Positions 16,791 to 23,619 of a DNA stretch of 41,061 nucleotides are shown here, one piece after another. The position numbers and the translations under genes were made by a program. Within the stretch, counting starts at the first letter, position 1; every line of letters begins with the position of its first letter. The stretch comes from Candidatus Iainarchaeum sp. Lineage in GTDB: Archaea; Iainarchaeota; Iainarchaeia; Iainarchaeales; Iainarchaeaceae. Where the stretch lies: assembly GCA_038895675.1 (NCBI GenBank), contig JAWANB010000002.1:1-41061 (forward strand), in the 5' to 3' direction. The notes beneath the pieces were generated by a model that was not told where the DNA came from, did not search any database, and saw only the letters and a list, made by a program, of their open reading frames with translations.

Positions 16791-17356
16791 TGTTCTAACC
16801 CAATTTTTTGTTTCAATGATTTCAAGAATTCTTTTGCATACCACTCTTTTAAATTCCATAGATCAACAAACAATAGATAATTAGAAACAAATTTTGTTTC
16901 AAAAAAAATTTTTGGCTTTGAGAGCACGATCAAATTTGCGGGGCCGTCTTTTTCAGGAAATCTTTTCTTTAATTCAGGCACGTCTTTTTCGTCTGCATAA
17001 ATATAAACTTCACTATAATCAGCAGGAACTTGTTTAAAATTTAGTTTGTAAGCGGTGTAAGCAGTAAAAATTATTTCTGAAGGCATTTGTTTCTCAATTT
17101 CACTTACTGGCATTTCAGCTCTTGTCTTATAAATAACATCTTTTTCAAGATTTCTTTGAGTTGCTAATAAAACAAGTGCTTTTTCTTTGTCAATCAACTT
17201 AAACCCAAATTTTCGCTTTTCAATTGCTCCTATCCTTTCCAAAGGCTTTAATGCATGATTTACAGTGCTCAAAGAAATTTTCATTTTGTTTGCTATTTCT
17301 TTTTGAGTTTTGGCACCTTTCAAAACTTCCAAAATCGCTATTTCAGACTTTAACAT
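16787..17356 (-). CDS. AbiEi-like winged-HTH transcriptional regulator (putative antitoxin)
   Basis: N-terminal wHTH (ILEVLKGAKTQKEIANKMKISLSTVNHALKPLERIGAIEK) plus a C-terminal domain of about 110 aa. It lies directly upstream of the NTase gene and is translationally coupled to it. Confidence 0.5.
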   Translation of the reverse strand: MLKSEIAILEVLKGAKTQKEIANKMKISLSTVNHALKPLERIGAIEKRKFGFKLIDKEKALVLLATQRNLEKDVIYKTRAEMPVSEIEKQMPSEIIFTAYTAYKLNFKQVPADYSEVYIYADEKDVPELKKRFPEKDGPANLIVLSKPKIFFETKFVSNYLLFVDLWNLKEWYAKEFLKSLKQKIGLEQ

Positions 17357-17587
17357 GCTATTAAACTATAAATCAGTTTATTTATAAATATTTCTATAAT
17401 ATTCGAAATTTTTTTAATTGCTTAAAATTTTCTTTTAATTGCCTTAACAACAATAAAAAATCAAATTTATAGTTGAAAAAACATTAAAGCAAAATCTAAA
17501 AGCAACAAATGTTTTATTGATAATTTACTAAAATGTTCAAGTTTTGCTACACTGGCAATCCGCCATAAAATATTTTATAAATTATTT

Positions 17588-17747
17588 ATGAGGTATTTAT
17601 CAAAAGTGATAAAATTGAAAACACTTAACGATGATACGCATCAAATTTGGGGTGATTTTACAAACCAATATAGTCTCCAAAAAACCATAAGGTTTGAGTT
17701 GAAACCTATTGGAAAAACTAGAGAACATATTTTCTACTATTGCAGAT
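17588..17747 (+). pseudogene. cas12a: cas12a (cpf1) 5' fragment fused in frame to a CRISPR half-repeat
   Basis: WGDFTNQYSLQKTIRFELKPIGKTREHI matches the hallmark Cas12a N-terminus (F.N.Y.LSKTLRFEL.P.GKT.E.I). The similarity stops at codon 48 (about 17731), where the sequence becomes TTTCTACTATTGCAGAT. The open frame then runs through the spacer and stops at 17785. Confidence 0.7.
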
Positions 17748-17815
17748 GCGCAATAGGATGCATAACAATAACAGAAGTCGTCTAGACGATTATGAAAATT
17801 TCTACTATTGTATAT
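17731..17815 (+). CRISPR. Degenerate type V-A mini-array: 3' half-repeat, 32-nt spacer, terminal repeat R2
   Basis: 17731-17747 is TTTCTACTATTGCAGAT, 16/17 against the repeat 3' end. The spacer at 17748-17779 is GCGCAATAGGATGCATAACAATAACAGAAGTC. R2 at 17780-17815 is GTCTAGACGATTATGAAAATTTCTACTATTGTATAT, 35/36 against R1. Both degenerate copies carry their mismatch inside the handle stem. Confidence 0.7.
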
Positions 17816-18011
17816 GGTGTGAATTGCATTTTTTGCAGAATTTTTGTTTTAGTTCTTTTGGTATTTTTGCTTTTGTTTTTTTGCTTATTTCTCTTGCTAT
17901 TTCTACGTATCTTTTGCTTCTCTCTGGTTTTTTTTCAAATTCTTGTTCTGCTAATTCAAATAATCGGTATATTCTTTCTAATCCTATTTTTCGTGCTTTT
18001 TCGTGCTTCAT
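17805..18011 (-). CDS. rnp4: RNase P protein component 4 (Rpp21/Rnp4), C-terminally truncated (possible pseudogene)
   Basis: RIYRLFELAEQEF...SKRYVEIAREISKKTKAKIPKELKQKFCKKC matches the Rpp21 N-terminal helices and the first CxxC. The ORF ends 6 residues later, and its last codons plus the stop are supplied by repeat R2. The second CxxC of the zinc ribbon is missing. Confidence 0.65.
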   Translation of the reverse strand: MKHEKARKIGLERIYRLFELAEQEFEKKPERSKRYVEIAREISKKTKAKIPKELKQKFCKKCNSHHIQ

Positions 18012-18050
18012 GTTGCTCTTTTTGTAACCTAAATACTATGTTTATTGAAA

Positions 18051-18140
18051 TGCACCCGCCGGGATTTGAACCCGGGCCAAGAGCTTTCTTCAATCTTTCT
18101 TTTTGGAAGGCTCTGATGCTAACCACTACACCACAGGTGC
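18051..18140 (-). tRNA. tRNA-Gly (anticodon TCC) with an 18-nt canonical (37/38) intron
   Basis: Reverse complement: GCACCTG TG GTGT AGTGGTTA GCAT C AGAGC CTTCCA[AAAAGAAAGATTGAAGAA]A GCTCT TGGC CCGGG TTCAAAT CCCGG CGGGTGC A. The intron occupies 18086-18103. The intron GAAG pairs with anticodon-loop CTTC, giving a 4-bp helix flanked by 3-nt bulges (BHB-like). Confidence 0.85.
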
Positions 18141-18252
18141 TTTATGCTATTTTGCTTTGGTAATAGTTATATTTGTTTTGTAGAGTTTTGCTTTTAATTT
18201 GTGTTTTTTGGTCTTTTAGTCGTTTTTTTTTGCGTTTGTTTTTGTCTTTTTT

Positions 18253-19407
18253 TTATATTATTTTGTCTATTATGAATTCTGGTTTGAATTCTTCTAAGTC
18301 TTGGTATTTTTGGCCTGTGCCTACGTAAATTATTGGTTTTTTTAAGTTGTATAATAGTGATATTGCTGTTCCGCCTTTTGTGTCTGTGTCTATTTTTGTT
18401 AGTATTATTGCGTCTATGTTTATTGCTTTGTCAAATTCTCTTATTTGGTTTATTAGTGCTTGTCCTGTGTATGCTTCTGCTACGTATATTTTTAGGTCTG
18501 GTTTTATTACTCTTTCAATTTTTTTTAGTTCTTCTATAAGGTTTTTGTTTGTTTCTTGTCTTCCTGCTGTGTCTATTAATACTATGTCTATTTGTTTTGC
18601 TTCTGCTGCTTTTACTGCATCGTATGCTACAGCTGTTGGGTCAGAGCCATAATTTTGTTTTATTACTTTTATTCCTATTTTTTTTGCGTGTTCTTCTAAT
18701 TGTTCAATTGATGCTGCTCTGAAAGTGTCGCTTGCTGCTATTATGCTTGTTTTTCCTTTTTCTTTTAGCATGTGCGCTATTTTTGCGATGCTTGTTGTTT
18801 TGCCTGCTCCATTTGGTCCTAAAAATAGTATTTTGAGCGGTTTTTGTTTCATTTCCATTATGTTTATTGTTTTTGTTTCCATTATTTTTGTTATTGCTTT
18901 TTTTATTTCTTCTTTCAGGAATTTTGTGATGTCTTGGTTTGCTTGTATTTCTTTTCCTATTAGTTGTTGTTTTAGTTGTTTTACTATTGCGTTTGCGGTT
19001 TCTTGTTCTACGTCTGCTTCTAAAAGGCTTAGTTCTAATTCGTCAAAAAAGTCTTGAGTGTCCTTTTCTGTTATTTTTATTTTGCCTATTATTGTTCCTT
19101 TGATTTTTTCTATTATGTTTGTTTTTGCTTTGAGTTCTCTTTTTTCTTCTTTTATTGTTTCGTGTTTTTGTTTTTTTTCTTGTTTTTCTTTTTTGTCTGT
19201 AGTTTTTGTTTTACTTGTTGTTTGTTCTTCGTTTTTTTTTGTTTCTTCTTGTTTTTCTTCTGTTTGTTGTGTTTTTTCATGGGTTAGTGTTTCTGTTTTT
19301 ATTATATCTTCTTTTTGTTGTTCTTGTGTTTCTTCTCTTTTTTTTCCTATTGTTTCTTTTATTTTGTTTGTGAAGTTGTTGATTGTCTTTTTTAGGAATT
19401 CGAACAT
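18253..19407 (-). CDS. ftsY: Signal recognition particle receptor FtsY
   Basis: A long K/E/T-rich N-terminal region, then the NG domain with GPNGAGKTTSIAKIA, DTFRAAS, DTAGR and TKIDTD. Confidence 0.95.
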   Translation of the reverse strand: MFEFLKKTINNFTNKIKETIGKKREETQEQQKEDIIKTETLTHEKTQQTEEKQEETKKNEEQTTSKTKTTDKKEKQEKKQKHETIKEEKRELKAKTNIIEKIKGTIIGKIKITEKDTQDFFDELELSLLEADVEQETANAIVKQLKQQLIGKEIQANQDITKFLKEEIKKAITKIMETKTINIMEMKQKPLKILFLGPNGAGKTTSIAKIAHMLKEKGKTSIIAASDTFRAASIEQLEEHAKKIGIKVIKQNYGSDPTAVAYDAVKAAEAKQIDIVLIDTAGRQETNKNLIEELKKIERVIKPDLKIYVAEAYTGQALINQIREFDKAINIDAIILTKIDTDTKGGTAISLLYNLKKPIIYVGTGQKYQDLEEFKPEFIIDKII

Positions 19408-19619
19408 ATTTAGTTTTGGTGATGTCTTGTTTTTTTAGTCTTTTGGTAGGCCGTGTTTTGCAGAAACCATGTTGTTTTTTAAAATCGTTTTTTGTTGTTA
19501 AGTCTTTTTTTTTGGTGCTTTGTTAGAGCTTTTAGTTTTTGTGTTTTTGTTGTTTTTGAATAATTTTTTTGTTTTTTGTTAGTTTTTTTTGGTTTTTAAA
19601 TTGTTTTACAGCTTAGTTT

Positions 19620-20024
19620 TTAGTTTTCTTGGTTTTGGTTTATTAGTTGTTCTGCTATTTCTTTTTTTGCTTCTTCTTCTTCGTCTTTTGTTGTTATTGC
19701 TTTGTATGTTAATGTTTTTGTAATTCCTTTTTCTCCCCATAGGTATGTGAATTGTTGGTTTTCTCCGATGTCTAGCCATATTCTTCTTTCTTTTTCTAAC
19801 TTGGCTTTTGTTGGGTCTTTCAGTGTTATTAGTCTGCTGTATTTAATTAGTGTTTTGTTGTGGCTTATTTTTTCTACTATGAATGCGTCTTCATCGTTTC
19901 CGTTTCCTTTTATTCTGTCAAACCCTTCTTGTTCTTTTGCTTCGTATTCTTTGTTGTAAATGTTTTTTTTGAATGGTGGTTTCCAATCTGTTTCTATTGT
20001 CATTACTTCAAATATTGCTTTCAT
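19620..20024 (-). CDS. Hypothetical protein
   Basis: 134 aa ORF of non-low-complexity sequence (…DWKPPFKKNIYNKEY…RRIWLDIGENQQFTYLWGEKG…). No family recognised. Confidence 0.5.
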   Translation of the reverse strand: MKAIFEVMTIETDWKPPFKKNIYNKEYEAKEQEGFDRIKGNGNDEDAFIVEKISHNKTLIKYSRLITLKDPTKAKLEKERRIWLDIGENQQFTYLWGEKGITKTLTYKAITTKDEEEEAKKEIAEQLINQNQEN

Positions 20025-20176
20025 GTTTAGAGAAACCTCTTTTTTGTTTAAATAGTTTTCTTTGAATTATTAAAGTAACGTAGTAATTTAAAAGGTTTTT
20101 TGGTTTTTTTTTAAGTTCTGTTTTGTTAAGCTTTTTTTCTCTTGTTTTTTTTAACATGTGAAGTTTTTTTTGTTTT

Positions 20177-21397
20177 TTATAGTGTTATTGTTTTTATTGT
20201 TTCTTTTTCTTTTATTTTGCTTTTTTTAGCTCCTATAATGTATTTTATATTATTTTTTTCTGCTGCTTCTATTAGTCTGTTTGTTATTACTCCGTCAAAC
20301 ACTATTGCTTTTGCTCCTTTTATTTCTGTTATTTCTTTCATTATGTCTTTTACTTTCATTTCTTTTATTACTTGGTTTTCGTTGTCTATTATTCTGGCTT
20401 TCATTGTGCCTTTTAGTTCTTCGAAGTGTGGTTTGAATATTTCTTGTTCTTGGTTTGTTAGTTCTTGTTTTGTGGTTTCTTTGTAAGTTGTTGTTTTCCA
20501 TGGTTGTTTTGTGTAGGTTCTTTGTGTTGTTCTCGGCATGTGTTTGTATTGTCTTTGTATTTTTGGTCTTTCTGTATATCTTTGCTGGTGCACTTGTTCT
20601 TTTTTCTTTAGTGATAATAGTATTTCTTTTCTTGTGAGTTCTTCTACTTCTTTGCCGTCTGGTGCTCTTGCTATGTAATCTACTTTTGCTATTTGCATTA
20701 GTTTTCTTGCGTTTAGTATTCCTCCTCTGTCGCCGTCTACGAATACTGTTACTATTTTGTTTTTTGTTAAGTCTATGAGTGTTTTTGTTATGTTTGATCC
20801 GTTCATGCCTATGACGTTTTTTATTTGGTTTTTTAGTAGGTTTATTACGTCTGCTCTTCCTTCTACTACTATTATTTCTTGTTCTTTTTCTATGTCTGGT
20901 CCTGCTGGTAGTTTGTCTGGGCCGTATTCTATTATTTCTGATGCTCTTGCTTTTTCTCTTATTTCTTCTGAGAGGTTTTGCATTTCTGGTGTGTTTTTTT
21001 CCATGATTTTTTTTAGTATTTCTTTTGCTCTGTCTTTTATTTCTGTCCTTTTTTTTGCTCTGGTGTCTTCTATGTCTATTAGTTCAAACTTTGCTTCGCA
21101 TGGTCCTACTTTTTCTACTGTTTCTATGCCTGCTGCTAGTATGCTTGTTTCTGCGACATCTAATGAGCTTGGTATGTAAACTTCTCCTTTTGTTTTGCCC
21201 ATTGAAGTGCTATGGTTTATTTCTATTCTGCCTATTTTGCCGTTTTTTTGTAGTTCTTTTAGGTCCATTTCTTCTCCTAAGAGTCCTTCGCTTTGGCCGA
21301 ATATTGCTCCTATTATGTCTGGTTTGTCTACTATTCCGTCTATTTCGAATTTCATTTTTATTATGTATTTTGTTGTGTTCAAGTATGTTTTTGCCAT
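20177..21397 (-). CDS. dnaG: Archaeal DnaG (Toprim-domain primase/exosome-associated protein)
   Basis: Conserved archaeal DnaG N-terminus (KYIIKMKFEIDGIVDKPDIIGAIFGQSEGLLGEEMDLKELQKNGKIGRI). Toprim motifs IIVVEGRADV and VFVDGDRGG. A Q/T/K/R-rich low-complexity insertion lies at about 20407-20611. Confidence 0.9.
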   Translation of the reverse strand: MAKTYLNTTKYIIKMKFEIDGIVDKPDIIGAIFGQSEGLLGEEMDLKELQKNGKIGRIEINHSTSMGKTKGEVYIPSSLDVAETSILAAGIETVEKVGPCEAKFELIDIEDTRAKKRTEIKDRAKEILKKIMEKNTPEMQNLSEEIREKARASEIIEYGPDKLPAGPDIEKEQEIIVVEGRADVINLLKNQIKNVIGMNGSNITKTLIDLTKNKIVTVFVDGDRGGILNARKLMQIAKVDYIARAPDGKEVEELTRKEILLSLKKKEQVHQQRYTERPKIQRQYKHMPRTTQRTYTKQPWKTTTYKETTKQELTNQEQEIFKPHFEELKGTMKARIIDNENQVIKEMKVKDIMKEITEIKGAKAIVFDGVITNRLIEAAEKNNIKYIIGAKKSKIKEKETIKTITL

Positions 21398-21429
21398 AAT
21401 GAATTCTCCTTTTTTATTTTTTTACAGAA

Positions 21430-21723
21430 TCAGGTTTTGCTTTCAATTATTTCTTTGGCTTTGTTTGTATCCATGTTTACTATTATTGTTTTTTTGTTGG
21501 ATTTTTGTCCTTGTATTATCATTACTTCTGTTTTCAGTATTTTTTTTAGTTCTGTTATCAGTTCTTTGTTAGCTTTTCCGTCTATCGCTTTTGATTTAAG
21601 CTTGATTCTTATTTTTTTTGTCCATGGGTTTTTTCCCATTATTTGGAACTTTTTTGAGTTTGGAATTACTTCCAATTCTATGCCTTGTTTTTGTGTCACG
21701 CAAAAACCTAAGAATAAATTCAA
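21430..21723 (-). CDS. DUF167/YggU-family protein
   Basis: 97 aa with IELEVIPNSKKFQI ... IRIKLKSKAIDGKANKELITELKKILK..V.IIQGQKSNKKTI, which is the YggU pattern (A..GKAN..L...L). Confidence 0.65.
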   Translation of the reverse strand: MNLFLGFCVTQKQGIELEVIPNSKKFQIMGKNPWTKKIRIKLKSKAIDGKANKELITELKKILKTEVMIIQGQKSNKKTIIVNMDTNKAKEIIESKT

Positions 21724-21889
21724 AGCTTATAACCTGATTCTTTGGCCTTTTTTTAGGCCATTATTCTATTTGCTATAAAGAAAAATATATTAATTGATTG
21801 GATTGGTTTTTGGTTTGTTTTTATTAGGTTTTGTTTTTTTTTGTTTGTTTTGTTGTGGTTTATTTTAAATTGTGTAGTGTTATTTTTTT

Positions 21890-22300
21890 ATGGCTCGTTA
21901 TGGTAAAGGCGCTAGTGCTGAGCGTGAATTAATGCGTCTTTTTTCTAGTGCTGGTTTTGCTGTTGTGCGTAGTGCTGGTTCTGGGAAAAGTCAGTTGCCT
22001 TGTCCTGATGTTGTTGTTTTGAATAATGGCAAGGTTTTGTCTTTTGAGTGTAAGGCTTGGCGTTCTAAGCATTTGGTTATTAGTGAGCAGCAAATGTCTG
22101 ATTTGTTCAAGTGGCAGTCTTTGTCTGGTAGTTCTACTTTTGTTGCTTGGAAGTTTCCTAACAAGGGTTGGTTTTTTGTTCCTATTGCGTGTTTTTCTAA
22201 GAATAAGCATTATTCTATTTCTTTTGATTTGGCTAGAAAGGTTTCTGTGCCTTTTGAGGTCATTGTTGGTAGGCAATTTAGGCTTTTTGAAAAGTGTTAA
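21890..22300 (+). CDS. hjc: Holliday junction resolvase Hjc
   Basis: KGASAERELMRLFSSAGFAVVRSAGSG ... PDVVVLNNGKVLSFECK ... has the archaeal Hjc nuclease motif layout (E...D...E.K). Confidence 0.9.
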   Translation: MARYGKGASAERELMRLFSSAGFAVVRSAGSGKSQLPCPDVVVLNNGKVLSFECKAWRSKHLVISEQQMSDLFKWQSLSGSSTFVAWKFPNKGWFFVPIACFSKNKHYSISFDLARKVSVPFEVIVGRQFRLFEKC

Positions 22301-22326
22301 ATTAGAGTTGTTTTCTATTTTTTGTT

Positions 22327-22677
22327 ATGGGTTTCAAGCAGGTTGTTGTTGTTAGGTCTGATTTAGGAATGGCTAAAGGCAAGATTGCTTCTCAGGTTGC
22401 TCATGCTTCTTTGGCTGCTTTTGAGTTGGCTAAGACTTTTAATCCTGTTTGGGTAGATGCTTGGCTTTCTGAGGGTCAAGCTAAGGTTGTTCTTAAAGTA
22501 GGTAGTCTTGAAGAGCTTCTTGCAATTTATAATAGTGCTAAGAATGTTCTTCCTTGTGCTTTGGTGAAGGATGCTGGTAAGACTCAAGTTTCTTCTGGTT
22601 CTATTACTTGCGTTGGTATTGGTCCTGCTCCTGACTTTGAGATTGATAAGTTTACGAGAGGTTTGAAGTTGTTATGA
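22327..22677 (+). CDS. pth2: Peptidyl-tRNA hydrolase, archaeal type (Pth2)
   Basis: KQVVVVRSDLGMAKGKIASQVAHAS ... KVVLKV ... VKDAGKTQV.SGSITCVGIGP. Confidence 0.9.
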   Translation: MGFKQVVVVRSDLGMAKGKIASQVAHASLAAFELAKTFNPVWVDAWLSEGQAKVVLKVGSLEELLAIYNSAKNVLPCALVKDAGKTQVSSGSITCVGIGPAPDFEIDKFTRGLKLL

Positions 22678-22858
22678 GTTTTGGTAATTTTTTTTATTTT
22701 TTTGTTTTTTTGTTTCTTTGTTTTGTTGTTTTTTTCTTGTTTTTTGTTCTTTTTCACTTTTTTATTGTTGGTAATTTTGTTCTTTTTGGCTTGTTTTTTT
22801 TGTTGTCTTTTTATTTTTTTAATTTGTTTTTTCATTTTGGTTTTAGGGTGTTTAGGTA

Positions 22859-23617
22859 ATGAGTTATTGGAGTTTGGTCAGGTCGGTGGTTGAGAGTGCT
22901 GATGTTGTTGTTGAGGTTCTTGATGCGCGTTTTCCTAATTTGAGTAGAAATAAGAAGCTTGAGGGGTTTGTCAAGGAAAAGGGTAAGACTTTAGTTTTTT
23001 TGTTTAACAAGTCTGATTTGGTTGATAGTTCTTTTGTTCGTAATATTGCGAGTTCTTTCGGTAGTAATTGTGTTTTCATGTCTGCTAAACTTAGGCGTGG
23101 TGTTGTTGCTTTGAAGAAATTGCTTTCCAAGTTTTCTTTTGGGAAAACTATTAAGGTTGCTTTTGTTGGTTATCCTAACACTGGTAAAAGTAGTATCATT
23201 AATTTGTTGAAGGGTAAGAAGAGTGCTCCTACTTCTTTTCGTGCTGGTTTTACAAAGGGTTTGCAAAACATTAGGGTTAGTTCTAATGTTGTTGTGATTG
23301 ATACTCCTGGTGTTATTCCTGTTGAGAATTTTGACGAGTCTTTGCTTGTTGTTCTTTCTTCTAAAAATTCTGAGGATATTAGTGATCTTGAGTCTGTTGG
23401 TCTTGATGTTGCTAAGCTTGTTTTGAAGTGTGATCCTAATGGTGTAAAGTCTTTGTATAATATTAGTGCTTCTTCTCCTGAGTCTTTGCTTGAGTCTTTG
23501 GCTTTGGTGCGTGGAAAGTTAAAGCGTGGTGCTTTGCCTGATATTTCTGCTGCTGCTAAAATTTTGATTGATGATGTGCAAAGTGGTAAGCTAAAAATAT
23601 TTGAGGGTGTGTTATAA
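22859..23617 (+). CDS. Circularly permuted (YlqF/RbgA-like) ribosome-biogenesis GTPase
   Basis: The motifs run in permuted order: G4 NKSD, then G1 GYPNTGKSS, then G3 DTPG. Confidence 0.8.
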   Translation: MSYWSLVRSVVESADVVVEVLDARFPNLSRNKKLEGFVKEKGKTLVFLFNKSDLVDSSFVRNIASSFGSNCVFMSAKLRRGVVALKKLLSKFSFGKTIKVAFVGYPNTGKSSIINLLKGKKSAPTSFRAGFTKGLQNIRVSSNVVVIDTPGVIPVENFDESLLVVLSSKNSEDISDLESVGLDVAKLVLKCDPNGVKSLYNISASSPESLLESLALVRGKLKRGALPDISAAAKILIDDVQSGKLKIFEGVL

Positions 23618-23619
23618 TT

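Larger units (their letters stand above)
16080..17815. other. Accessory island bounded by direct 36-nt CRISPR repeats (AbiE-like TA pair, cas12a 5' fragment, mini-array)
   Basis: R1 (16080) and R2 (17780) are 35/36 identical and exactly 1700 bp apart. The interior has much weaker T>A skew than the flanking genes. Hand counts: 16201-16260 gives A22/T27, while 15361-15420 gives A5/T37. Confidence 0.55.

Noticed and set aside
16080-17815. Interpretation of the two 36-nt direct repeats as a target-site duplication or att sites of an integrase-borne element.
   Set aside because: The island contains no integrase or transposase gene. 36 nt with a Cas12a handle hairpin is better explained as a CRISPR repeat. 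The interrupted rnp4 is not reconstituted by either repeat copy, since both introduce the same in-frame TAG.
17740-18163. The + strand ORFs 17740-18027 and 17792-18163.
   Set aside because: They run antisense through rnp4 and through the tRNA-Gly(TCC) gene. Their composition is shadow-ORF-like.
22584-22835. An 83-aa lysine-rich minus-strand ORF overlapping the pth2 3' end, together with other K/N/R-rich antisense ORFs such as 1009-1203, 4555-5037, 6830-7123, 22991-23266, 26134-26445 and 35622-36050.
   Set aside because: These are reverse-complement reading of T-rich DNA, antisense to strong + or - strand genes. They are low-complexity and lack motifs.
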